The translations under genes were made by a program, and so were the position numbers. 64,000 bases of DNA, from contig CM120642.1 of assembly GCA_051362555.1 (NCBI GenBank), forward strand, positions 17,670,001 to 17,734,000. The letters run 5' to 3'. Below the pieces are notes generated by a model, which did no database searches, was not told the origin of the DNA, and worked only from the letters and a program-made list of their open reading frames with translations. Below, piece after piece: positions 39,101 through 52,412 of this stretch. Source of the stretch: Lingula anatina. Lineage: Eukaryota; Animalia; Brachiopoda. How positions within the stretch are numbered: position 1 is the stretch's first letter; the number at the start of each line of letters is the position of its first letter.

Positions 39101-39769
39101 CGTCACACGCAATTTCGAGTTCGCAAACAGCCCATAAGCACGTACGGAGGATGTTGGACTTGTCCAAAAGATTCTACGAATAGCCTGAGAACAGCGAGGC
39201 TGCAAGCGTAACTTGCTCTCCTCGAACGGAGTTAGCAAGAGAACGCCCATTGTGCAAAACGCTCGTGTATTTACAATGAACGCCGACTGTGTAACGTGTA
39301 CAACAATTTGCTCCTTCATACAAGACGCACATGAAGGGGCAAGTGCCCTTTGCGTGTTGAGTAAGGCGCACGCCATCACAACTAACGAACAAAGTCGAGA
39401 GCACACCGGGAATGCGCCGCACGTGCGCCCCACGCCTGGTGTATAAAGGTCATGTCTTTATAATGAACGTCGACTGTGTAACGTGTACAACAATTTTCAA
39501 TTTTTTTCAAATTTCTGCTCAATTTAGATCCTAATATGCCTCCGAAAGGCAAGAGAAAGAAGCTTACATAGTAGAAAAAAGGAGGAAGAAGAAGAAAGAA
39601 GAGGGGAACAGGAAGCAAAACTGACACACCACAAACGTGTGAGGCAAGTGTGAAGCAAAACTGACGCAAAAAGGCACTACTTTCGCCGTGCGTTGCATTC
39701 CCTTCGTAAGTGGCGAGTGTGTGCCACGTACACAGGAAGCAAGAAAAACTCAAGAAATGAGAACAATTA

Positions 39770-42700
39770 CAACCATCCATCCTCCATCTTAAAATAAACT
39801 TAGCTTATTTAACTAATGTTCATAGCGTTCGCTTAAAGGACAATGTTCATGTAAAAATCTATTTCTCGAATTTTGAAGATACAGCACTCAATCTATACAC
39901 TAGAGGTATGTTTTAATCGATCCCCGCCATTTAAAAATTATAAAAACAATCTGTTAGTAGAAAAAAAAGCGTTTTAGTAAACCTCACCTCAATATGCAAA
40001 AATGAAGCAACAGATCTGGGTCACGTGGTACTGTGACGACAATCACGATAAAGGTCTATGAGACTCAACTGAGCTGCATGGTGCATAAAGACGGAGAAGT
40101 TAAGGAAAGTTGTGTTGAACGGAGTTGAGGAATTTTCGTTATGCCTCGGTGTGTTGCCGTGGGATTCACCAAAATTGCAGCTCTCGTTGACAATCTTTCT
40201 TTGTCTGTGACGGTCTTCCGTGACTTACTTACTAACTTCGGTGACAATAGTTGCGATGCTCTAGATCATGGTCACCTCAGGTGGTTTAGATCATATCAAG
40301 AGCTGGTAGTCTTTCAGATTATCTGTCATCAGTTGGCAAACTTACTGATTGCTGATGCATTTTAAATGCATTGTAGTTGACCAAAAGCTCGTTTACAACA
40401 GACCTGTTAATTATGCACCGCTGCAATTCCCAAGCCAGGTAAAAACAGGCATGAAACTCGTCTTGGTGGGCTTTCATATTTTTCAATATATCTCATTTAT
40501 TTCATGGGGTTATTTTATTGGTATTTGTAAATGACGTTAAATATCAATACTTAAACAATTAAGTTCAAACACGATCGCGAACATTAATAAAAGAAATTGC
40601 TCTCAGGGTATCTTGAAGCTTCCGTGGAAGAAAACGTGTTGAGGAAAAACAGGAAAAAGAGCGTTATATTAAAGAAAAAATGGGAACTGCTATAATAAAA
40701 TGGTTCGTTATCCTAATTCGTTTATGCTTTGAGGATTTGTTTCTGAAGATAAATTCATCTGAAATATTAAATAATTTAAAAGATTGATTATTTTATAACT
40801 TGAAACGCAAATTCTGCGTCAGTACGCAATTTTTTTTGCAAATTTGTAAGCTTATAACACCGTGCTATAAAGATCTACTCAAGAAAAAAATTTGCTTGGG
40901 TAAAATTGAGTACGGAATGAACTGGAGACACTTGGCTTGTCATTAAGTTTACACGAAAATATGTCAGGTAACTTTATACTGTCTTTGAAAGAGTAAAGAT
41001 TGAAAGATAATTTTAGACAAACTTTGACGGGGGAAATACCTACAAAGAGTAATGGGCTATTTCGCCAACATCTTGTTGAAAATTTTACACTGCAATTCTA
41101 TTCAAATAAGCTAAGGAACTAATTGCCAAATTAATACTCTCATCACATAACAGGGGGGTAACCAGACCTGCAAAAATTGTACGCACATATTTAAAAAGAT
41201 TACAAGCACATACAGCAAAATGTAGACTTACGCAAAACATGAAGGACAGCGTAATCACAGCAAATGTACCTCATATAGTAGCTTAATTTCCATTAATAAT
41301 AAAATCATCATTTAAGTCAAAAATATTCTTGCGATTTAATAACTATTTTAATTTACCCAGAACGGTATATTTATTTTAAAGGCGGTTAACTGAAATATAG
41401 TTTTATGATTTGTTTGTGAAAATTGCCCATGTCACCCTGTTAGTTTGGAGGTCTAAGCTGGATCAAGTCCGTGTTAAAATTCCTATGAAGTTGTGCAGGA
41501 AAAATTCTTCCTTTCTTTCTCTAGCTCCTCGATAAACCTGGTGTTCAGATTTTATCTAGTACCCCCAGGTCTACGGGAGCTGCGCTTTGTAACTAACGCA
41601 CAGGTAGATTTTTACCTGAGATAACTGGAGTAAAGCTTAGATAGAGAGTGCGTTCGGTACAAGCAAGACAAATTGAATGCCATTTAACCCTCTAATTAAG
41701 AGGTAAAGGAAGTTCCAGTTAGATGGATGATTAAGATAGGACTTGTAAAGGTAACGGGCATTGTTTACCTCAGTTTAATAAAAGTATGCAAGACGGAGTG
41801 TCAGCGGTTTAATAAAATAAATTGAATTTCACAAATAACATGGACCTCATATGCAATAATCAACATTTCCCTTAACTCATTCAAATGCAGTGTTTTATAC
41901 AACTTGGGATAACCATAATGAAATGCTTGTTAAAGAAATGACTAGACGGGAAATGGTTTTACACAGCTTCACGAGGATTTAGACCCCTCGGGTAAGAGAT
42001 TTGAATGAGTATAAACTTTTATCAGAAGCCAGAGAAGTCATCTTACAGAATGCAGCTCAGTGTGACAGCTAAGCACGCTCTGTTCTCCAGTGGCTCGATT
42101 GTCGTCATTGGACCACGTGACCACGTAGCTCATTAACTCCCAGGCCGAGCAAATAGGACGTTTTTTAAAGCCAAAAATTTACAAAATGAGCTTTTAATTT
42201 GTGTATTTGGATAAAGATATCGTTAGTTGGGCATGTTTTCTGAAGAATATGTTCCGTTCAGGCCATTCTGACGGCATGAAGCAAACCCTTTAACCTAATT
42301 CCAGCGCCTTAAATATTGGGGCATAAAAATTATAAATGACCTAGTTATTTGTATAATGTATGATACAACAAATCTGGCCACGATTGCACTAGTTCATTTT
42401 ATTGTTTAATTCACAAAAGTTACCTTCAACACCACTATATAATGAAATAAATAGCCATCTGCTAGCCACCTGCAAATAACATGCCACAAATCAATCAATC
42501 AATCAATGCTCTTCGTCCCGTGTGGGACATAAGGCCACAGTCACTTATTTCCATTTGGCCCAAAGTTATGTGAGAAATGATGGGTAGTACTTTCTTACCT
42601 GGTGGTTTGCCCTTCAACGACAGATAACCAGTGTCTGCCGCTGCTGAAATGCCGCCTTTAAATACTGTCAACGCTCCAACGACATTGTTCCAAGCGATAC

Positions 42701-42992
42701 ACCAGTGGTGTCAGGCCCATCAAAGATTTCAGTACTCAGAAATGGTACTTTTATCTCCAGACTAAATAAATGGAGCAAGAGGTTTCCATTTGCATAGAAC
42801 CCAATGAGGAAAGCGTTGTAGTTTTTGTCACTCACGGCGTAAGACAGGAGTGTATATAAAGTTTCAGGTGCAGCAAAGGTTGTCTTGGCCCACAGACATG
42901 CTGTAATGGCAGTCATCTCAGGTGTGGTTGTAATCAACTTCACGTATCGCTCTGTGCACTGCGGAGAAGGCCAATAGAGGATAGTAGTTTAT
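39770..42992 (-). pseudogene. Type-C pentraxin pseudogene copy 1 (exon 2 42992-42599; exon-3 stub ~39787-39770; exon 1 missing)
   Basis: 1-nt deletions at the exon start and at DG(A)W, TGG->TGA in the WHH motif, and exon 3 truncated after G-G-W-M-V. Confidence 0.85.
39837..42289. mobile_element. Non-autonomous TTAA-target DNA transposon, Kolobok-like (2453 bp)
   Basis: TTAA|AGGACAATGTTCATG ... CATGAAGCAAACCCT|TTAA; absent from the paralogous site at ~51712. MPRCVAVG at 40141 resembles a THAP-domain start. Confidence 0.7.
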
Positions 42993-43758
42993 CTGAAAGA
43001 AAGAAAGGTACTTGTGTCTTATACATTGCGGCCATAATATGTGCGGGCGGTTTTCCAGAAAAGTCTTTTGTTCTGTTTTGTTTCAGAATTTTAGAGCAGC
43101 TTTACAAGCCGGTGTAACGAAACTGAGATGACCTTGTAACAGTGAGTCCGCCCTCCTTTCAGTTATAATACACTGGTCAACTGGGGATCGTGTCTTTTGC
43201 TAATTTCTTTATTTTCAAAGTAAAAGGAAGAAAAAAGATAAAATTGAAAAAGAACACTTCAGAAGAGCACTGCCTTAACACGCGTTTACATTAAAAACGC
43301 TTTATGGCAACCAGCAGTAAAATGTCTCATGTCAGCAAGAAACCGGATGCAAAATCTCCTTAGTAGTGTTTATAGCCACCCTTGAAAGTTTGTGAAAATC
43401 TTATTATAATGTTTCATGGTTATGGTCAGCTATTATATAATTGGTTATTGCTCAACTGTTTTATATTGCATAGCTTTAACATATGTTTCTTTTATTATCA
43501 ACTTCCCTTAATAAGGACGAATGACTTTGCTGGAAACCGTCACGCTCCCTCCCTTATCTAATCTATTCCAGTTATACTTAAAGACTTAATTCAACTAAGT
43601 ATATATTTTAATATAAAAAACACAAAAGCGTCACTCTGTTTCTCAATAAAAAACAAATGTGCAGCTTGGTTTTTATCCAACTCAAAATATAAACAAATAT
43701 TCTGCCACTTTTTGATAAGGGTGGCGATCTTGCTCTACTACTCAAATAGGTATTTCTT

Positions 43759-44369
43759 CTAAGGGTCTCTTAGTTTAATGACACCTGCTGAAAAAAGCGT
43801 CAAGAAACACTTGATAACCTTTATTTTGCAAATGCGACTGAGCAAGCCTGCAACCTTGTGAACAGTCTGAAAAACTGGCAAAAAAGTAATAAGTAAAGAT
43901 GGAAAAATGATGTGTGTGTCAAATACCCACCATGAAGGTGCATATAACTTTCATAGTCTGTTGGAGAAACTTTGCTTTCAAAAATGATAAATTGCTTTTT
44001 TGTATGCATCTGTCATACAGTTTTTGCACAATTGTATACATAAACAGATTTTGTAACTACGACAACGTCTGTTTGAGACAGATCTTCCTATTTCAAAGCC
44101 ATTAAGTTTTGATAATTATTCCCTGGGACATTAGATGCACATTTGATAAATTGCTGTGCGAAATGTATGAGTTTGGCCAATAAAAAATTTACAACTTCTG
44201 CGACGCCGAGGGGAAGCACATTACTTTTTGCCAGTTTTAAAACTGTCCATATGGTTGCACGTTCGCTCAGTCGCATAAGCTACATTAAGGCAACAAAGTT
44301 AAATGGAACAGATTATCAAGTATTTCTACACGCATTTCAGCAAGTGTCATTGAACTAAGAGACCCTTAG
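43759..44369. mobile_element. MITE with long imperfect TIRs; second copy 53196-53804
   Basis: CTAAGGGTCTCTTAGTTTAATGACACCTGCTGAAA ... TTTCAGCAAGTGTCATTGAACTAAGAGACCCTTAG, plus inner inverted blocks such as AAAACTGGCAAAAAGTAAT. Confidence 0.85.
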
Positions 44370-46395
44370 CAATTTGCACTCTGGCCTCTCAAGTCGTCTC
44401 TTTTAGAGACCGGTAATTTTGTCAACAGTGGAGGTGATATACATATCCATATATTTGTCCATAACTGTTTTGGTGTTTAATTTCATTAGCAAATGTAATT
44501 GTTACCGCAATCTTAAATAAACATTGCGTTTTTGCCACACGCAAAGGTTACTCCAAGGCCCCGTAACTCGAAAGCATCGCACATTGCGACCGAGCGCAAG
44601 CATCTCGATTTCATACCTCGCCCATACTCGCCCCATATAACCACGAAATTAAAGGTGGTTTCGCTATATTCGCAATTCTCGATGCTGTTTAATAACGGAG
44701 CCCTGGTTATTTTTCGTGACACTCTGATTGTGCACTCAGGTTGTAAATTTAAGCGACTGGGCATATTTTGTCATCAGTGGCGATGGTAACATACTTCCAA
44801 ATATTTCTCCATAACTGCAATAATGTGTCAATTCATCCGCGAATTTGATTGCTTCAGCAATCTTTATAAGCATGTGTTTTTGGCACATGCAAAGGTAACT
44901 CCAGGCACGAACAGGCAGCATATATTATGTATTTTCTTTTGTGCCATATCCTAAGCAATAACAAATATGGGGGATGAATGCAAACGGTGGGTTCTATTAT
45001 GGTGTCTTATAGCGAGACGAATAGTATTGAAATGTTTCCAATATATCACTTACATGGGTGGTAAATATTTTATGGGTGGATGGAAACCCATCGATCAACC
45101 GGTATACTCTACCAAACGTTGCTCTGCAACTTATTATTGCAATGCATATCAGGAAACACGCAAAGCACTTTGTCAAATCTTGGTAAACGTTAAAAAAACT
45201 CCTTATTTTAGTTCTGTAAGAATTTATCAAACACTTAGCGTTCCCTATTTTCAATTAGCTATTTTAGTATTACTGTATCACTTTTCAACTCAGTGTTCAT
45301 GTAGACACCTAAAAGCTTTAACTTATCAACCCATCGTACCAAAATTTCATTGATGAAATTTGGTGACTTGATTTTTTTCTAAAGTCTGCTAGTAACTGCT
45401 TCTGTTCTACGAGTAGCATTCTTTAACATCATACCAAGACAAATGACTCTTGAACTTTACTTCTTAATCAGATTAATTAACAAGCCTACTTTACCTCTTT
45501 TAATAATTTATACAGTGTATTATCTCTGAACCCCCTTCAAGTTCCCCACTCTAACGGTCTATGAGGAAAACGAAGAAAATCGGAAAACAATGGTGTCTAT
45601 GGATCCCTAAATTTCATCACAAATGACTACAGTGCCACGTCTATCCTGCCCGACTGAAAAACAACCATATATTAGGTATTTGAGTTTATTTGTCTCATAT
45701 CATGTCAGCAGTCTGGCGCTATCAGACTTTTAAACATTTAAAGACCCGTTGCTGCTGCTGCACATGCGTGAACGTTTTTTCTGTCGTTTGTGATATACGT
45801 GCATTTGTTACCTATTGCTTGCACATTATAAGACAGTGAATTAAACTGCGTGGTCCAAATTATTTTTTTCATTCATTGCTGTTGTGCTGCACTGTTATAA
45901 AGGTAGTGCAACTTCGAGTGGTTAAAGCCAGTGCCGAGTGCCTATAATGATCGAAACCTTTTGTTAAACAAACGAGCACAGTGTCTGTATTATGTCATTC
46001 TTGAGTAGAAACCAGCCTTAAAACAAAAAAGGAAAGACAAATGCTTTGTATGGATTAACAAAAATATTTGTAACTTATTGTTTGCACATTATATGCGTGA
46101 CAGTGCATAAAACACTTTAGTTCAAATCATCTTCTGAATCCATTGTTATTGTGCTGCAGTGTAAAAAAAAGGTAAACCATGAAAATGTACAATCCCCATA
46201 AAAATATATCCAGTTACCTTCAATAGGACTTTTTGATAAACAAAGGAGCAGAATGTCTGTATTATATCATTCTTGAGTAGATAACAGCCTTTAAACATAA
46301 AAGAAAAGCAGAAATGCTTCGTGTGGATAAAGACAAACGGATGCTTTGTCATATTTCTGTCAAAGAAATTTGGACGAATGATGTTTTTTTTTTTC

Positions 46396-47986
46396 TTATT
46401 TGTATCTGCAAAGAACTTCTCCATACGTAGACATTTCGTGACTTTCTTTGGTAACGGTATCCCATGAGATGACGTTTCCTCTCAGATTTTCGTCACAATT
46501 TGCTATTGCTGCGACATTAACATTGTAGGTGTTCCAGACATTGATGCTTGTGACGTCACCAATATATGCTTGATTAACTTCAAATCCGCCGCCTACACTG
46601 TCTTGGTCTTGACCAACAATCCATACTCCATCTTAAAATAAAATTAGTTTTTTCAAACTAACTTTACTTATTCGGGTATAAAGCTTATAAATAAACATGG
46701 TGCTTGTGCACAATATACCTGTATGTCACAACAAATTTGGCAACGATCCAAATTTTCATCGAATGTACTACTAATTTATAATAATAATTAATGATAATGA
46801 TAATGAAGTATCCTCCTGCTAGTTGTCAAGATTGATGTTGACTTTGTGAGAAATATTTAGTAATGTCTTACTTGGTGGTATGCTCTTAGACATCTGGTAA
46901 CCAGTGCCCTCCGCTTCTGGCATGCCATCCCTGAATACTCTCCACGCTCCAACGCTATTGTTCCAAGCGAAACACCAATGGTGCCAGGCTCCATCATTAA
47001 TTTCAGAACTTGGAATTGGTGTTGTGAAATGCTGACCAGATATATGGAAAAAGATGTTTCCATTCCCAACGAACCCAGCGAGGAAAGCATTGGTGTTGCC
47101 ACTCACGGCGTAAGACAGGAGATGTATAAGGTTCGATGCAGCAAAGGTTGTCTTGGCCCACAGACAGGCTGTAATGGCAGTCATCTCAGGTGTGGTGGTA
47201 ATCAACTTCACGTATCTCTCGGTGGACTGCGGAGATGGCCAACGGAAGATCGTGGTTTTATCTGAAATTAAACACGGTAGGTTTTAATTTTCAATTGAAA
47301 TTTAACTGGTATAGGTGTGCCTTTCACACCATTAGACACTCACCTTTTGTACCCCTTTAAAAGAAAAGATTAGCATTGGGTTTAACCTTTGTGCGCCTTC
47401 TTTCTAGACTGTTTAAGATTGACTATACTATGCCTGCTACATGTACTAATAAGCTCATTTTAAACGATTCACAACTATTATTTTAACCACTGAGATATGA
47501 AATACATTTTAAAGACAATCACAAACTGATCCCGTAGTGCACCAAATTACTTTATTATGCTTCGCGAAACACAAGAAACCAAGAGTTCCTATATGTTCCT
47601 ATTTTCTATTTTGTCACACAAATATTGTTTCTAAAGTACATACCTGTGAGAGCGTCTTGAAAGACAATGAACTTACAGCCTGCATCCACCACTACGTCCG
47701 TCATGACTTCATTAATTTTACTCGCTCCGTATATGGAACAAATTTGCGCACTCTTGCAATATTGAGCGGCGTATCCACCCAACTTCTGTATTCTTAACGC
47801 GCATTCCACGGCAGAGTTTGCTCTTTTGACGCCCAAATGTGAACGGTTCTCTGGCATTTGTAGATGGTCATGAGCAACGAATCTTGCTGTCTGTACGCTT
47901 TGACCGTCTGATACCCCAAGAATAATGCCCACAACGATGCCTAAAATCAAGACGATGAGTGCATATATTTGATATTTTTCATGCAA
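46396..47986 (-). CDS. Secreted PAN-like/pentraxin protein, type A copy 3 (3 exons, 322 aa)
   Basis: Exons 47986-47644, 47261-46872 and 46631-46396 in frame; leader MHEKYQIYALIVLILGIVVGIILGVSDG; same pentraxin motifs. Confidence 0.88.
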
Positions 47987-50900
47987 TTTTGGATTATGGT
48001 CGCTTCAACAAACAGTCCGGGTTTTTTCCCCTTATTTTTCTTTTGAAATGAAAGCTTCATTTGGATCCTTATCTTTTAACACTAGAAATAGCATCGTCCT
48101 AGCAAAGCTAACATGGAGATGATTTTTTTTTTCGATTATCTTTCTTTCAATTTCGACACAAATTGAACCTTGGATTTTGAGATGCCAAACGTTATAAATC
48201 CAGTTATGAATCTGAACCATGAGAAATCATCTTACCAAAAAGCATAGTTGGTCCAAAACAGCTCTTACTGCACAAGATAAGAGAAAATTCTGGATGAAAA
48301 ATATAGTTAACGTACAAATGTTAACATCTGGTTCAATTATTAATGTGACAATTGCTTATGTCTCACACTGCTAAATGTTTTATCACTATTACCAACGTAT
48401 TGATTTTGAACGCGTTAACACCGGAAGTAGCGATAATGGTTTCTTTTTTATCTGTCTGTGTTACTGTATAATACCGGCGCTTCAAGCAAAAGAATAAATG
48501 CATTTGTATTTTGCATTTAGGCTTGCCTGTTTCATATGCTGTATTTCCATGTGCTGCGTTTCATACTACCATTGATAGAAATTGTTTCGTGTTTAATCAG
48601 TCACGTTGAATGATATTCAATCGTACTGGTACCCCAAATATACATGAATAAATTTAAAAAAAAAACAAAGAAAATAATGTTTTGAATATAGTTTTCACGT
48701 AAAGTGTTACAGAAATTTGATATATATTTCTTTCGTGTCATATAAAAACGCTCTCATTATATGTTTTATTTCTGCGAATTGAAAAATATAACTAACAAAT
48801 TTTAATAACATAGAAGTATTATTTATTTATTTATTTAACACAGCTACAGTCTACATTAAAGTAAATTTAAAATTATTACACTGCAAGCGAAAATACGAAT
48901 TATTATACTTCAAGCCAAAATACACTTCAAGCGAAAATCACTACTTTTTTAACTGGTGACGGCAAGGAAATGGCCAAAAGTGCGTCATCCCGCTGCCCTG
49001 GGCCCTGTAACTCGAAAGCACCGCGCATTGCGACAGAGCGCAAGCGTCTCTATTCCATAACTCGCCCATACCCGCCCCATATAATACATTGTAGCCTCTA
49101 TGTGATATCGCTATTCGCAATACGCGATGCTTTCGGGCTGTTTTGGGGTTTACTGGTACTGGGCCAGAGGAGGAAAAGAAGTCATCCAAGAAAAATTGTG
49201 ATGTCACAATAGTTGCCGGTGACTAATTATCTTACTGCACGTACATGTACCTTGTAGTAACACTATTGTTTCCTCCGTTGCACCACGAAACCATATACAG
49301 GTACTACAGTACGGTGTAACGTGACAGAGAGTCACCCATGCTAGAGAGTCCGCTTCCCATTCATTTGTACAGGTAAGCCTCGCCTTAGATTTTGACCCAC
49401 CTAGGTCAGGCTAACCCTAACCATTATAACTATATGGAGGGCGGACATTCTGTTACACAGACCCTCAGTTTCGATACACCTGGATGTCACAATAGCTGAC
49501 AGTGCTGATTAAGGACGGGGTGGCTAAAGCACATCGCTGACTCGTTTTTCCAGGGCCATTAATGGTCGCGTGTAAAGGCGAATGGCATCCGATAGATGTT
49601 CATCAGACCCTGTATGATAAAGCTGCGCACAACATACCTGTAGCACTTTACCACTATGACCGGTTATTTTCCTGGCCTTTGAGTTCGGGAGGGTCGAATA
49701 AAACTCACTTTTTGCTGGGAAAAGTCTGATCTGGCTAAAAATTTGATCTACATACACGGTACAGGTACAGGTTCCATGGTTAAAAGTTCCCTTTTTCAGA
49801 AAAATACTCCCGTTTAAATTGCTTGCAACTGACTATAAAACTGAAGGAATAAATGATAAATGCTTTGCAAATATTTGACCACACACATTTCATTATTGGG
49901 ATTTATTTATTAATTAATAAGTGGTGGCCATCCGCGATATAAGTCAGTTATATCGGATGTCAGTCAGTGACGACCAGTGTTGTAATTATTAAATAGAAAA
50001 GCACTTGTTGACATTGTTAGCTTAACTTGTTTGACTTGCCCAAACCAATGTATTACAAAATATACACCTTAATGATTACTCTGTTGAGAAATGTTGGTAT
50101 TTTAGAGGGCGAACAGTGCCATTTGGTACAGTTTAGAACTATGACTCAGCTAGTCAAAATTCTGATTTCAAGAGGGGACTAGAAATCGACCCCCCCCCTA
50201 AATCCGCCACTGTACCTTCTTCGTTTTGAGCAAAATAAAATATCAAATAGGACATTAAACCTCGCGCGAGAATATGCCGTTGAGAACAGCTCTTCAGTAA
50301 CAGTTCCTCAATTCCTATTAAACTTATATGTACCGTACGTGTCCGGGTTGCCATGCTCGATAAGATTGTGATAGAGCGACTCAGCAGTGCGACAGTGCCA
50401 TTGCGTCTCTCTGGGCTGAGTGATTGTACAAGAAGGAGCGGGTCAGCTCTACAGCAATGCGTTAGGTGGCCAAACACCAGTAGAGATCTTACTGAAAACC
50501 CCCTTTACACTGGACGGCTTACTTTCTGCGTCCTGTGTGCGACCATGAAACTGCCATGGCTGTGGTCGTAGAAAAGAGACATAAGCATCGCTTTCTGGTT
50601 GCAGAATGAATTCTCAATGATCGGCCAGTTGTCGGCACGTAAAATATTAACGTTTTACTCTCAAACGGAGTCGTTCTGCGGGAAGAAAGTCCACTGTAAA
50701 GGGGACTTATATTAACGGAGAAGGAGTACACGTATACATGCCCTGACAAGCTGTTACAAACCATTGTAACAATGTATATATGATTTATAAAGTGTTTTTT
50801 TTTTTTTTTTTTTTTCATATCACAGCATTTCAATTAAAATTAGGGTGGACAGTAGACCAGATAGAGCAGCGGCGAGCGCTTGTGTCCCTTAAGCCTCGGA

Positions 50901-51645
50901 CACAACCGGTCGTGCGGGCTATTACGGGCTGTTTGCGTCCACATTTTGCGCAGAATCTCACGGCCCACGCAATTTCGAGTTCGCAGACAGCCCATAAGCA
51001 CGTACGGAGGATGTTGGACTTGTCCAAAAGATTCTACGAATAGCCTGAGAACAGCGAGGCCGCAAGCGTTCCTTGCTCTCCTCGCACGGAGTTAGCAAGA
51101 GAACGCCCGTTGTGCAAAACGCTCGTGTATTTACAATTAACGCCGGCTGTGTAACGTGTACAACAATTTGCTCCTTCATGCAAGACGCACATGAATGGGC
51201 AAGTGCCCTTTGCGTGTTGAGTAAGGCGCACGCCATCACAACTAACGAACAAAGTCGAGAGCACACCGGGAATGCGTCACACGTGCGTCACCCCCACGCC
51301 TGGTGTATAAAGGCCATGTCTTTATAATGAACGTCGACTGTGTAACGTGTACAACAATTTTCAATTTTTTCAAATTTTTGCTCAATTTAGATTCTAATAT
51401 GCCTCCGAAAGGCAAGAGAAAGAAGCTTACATAGTAGAAAAAAGGAGGTAGAAGAAAGAAGAGGAGAACAGGAAGCAAAACTGACATACGACGTCAGTAC
51501 GTCACCACAAACATGTGAGGCAAGTGTGAGGCAAAACTGACACAAAAAGGCACTACTTTCGCCGTGCGTTGCATTCCCTTCGTAAGTGGCGAGTGTGTGC
51601 CACGTACACAGGAAGCAAGAAAAACTCAAGAAATGAGTACAATTA

Positions 51646-52412
51646 CAACCATCCATCCTCCATCTTAAAATAAACTTAGCTTATTTAACCAATGTTCATA
51701 ACGTTTCACTTTACCTAATTCCAGCGCCTTAAATATTGGGGCATAAAAATTATAAATGACCTAGTTATTTGTATAATGTATGATACAACAAATCTGGCCA
51801 CGATTGCACTAGTTCATTTTATTGTTAAATTCACAAAAGTTACCTTCAACACCACTATATAATGAAATAAATAGCCATCTGCTAGCCACCTGCAAATAAC
51901 ATGCCACAAATCAATCAATCAATCAATGCTCTTCGTCCCGTGTGGGACATAAGGCCACAGCCACTTCTTTCCATTTGGCCCAAAGTTATGTGAGCAATGA
52001 TGGGTAGTACTTTCTTACTTGGTGGTTTGCCCTTCAGCGACAGATAACCAGTGCCTGCCGCTGCTGTAATGCCGCCTTTAAATACTGTCAACGCTCCAAC
52101 GACATTGTTCCAAGCGATACACCAGTGGTGCCAGGCCCATCAAAGATTTCAGTACTCAGAAATGGTACATTTATCTCCAGACTAAATAAATGGAGCAAGA
52201 GGTTTCCATTTGCATAGAACCCGATGAGGAAAGCTTTGTAGTTTTCGTCACTCACGGCGTAAGACAGGAGTTTATATAGAGTTTCAGGTCCAGCAAAGGT
52301 TGTCTTGGCCCACAGATATGCTGTAATGGCAGTCATCTCAGGTGTGGTAGTAATCAACTTCACGTATCGCTCTGTGCACTGCGGAGAAGGCCAATGGAGG
52401 ATAGTAGTTTAT
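51646..52412 (-). pseudogene. Type-C pentraxin pseudogene copy 2 (exon 2 52412-52019; exon-3 stub ~51663-51646; exon 1 missing)
   Basis: Same two 1-nt deletions and exon-3 truncation as copy C1, but retains TGG at WHH. Confidence 0.85.
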
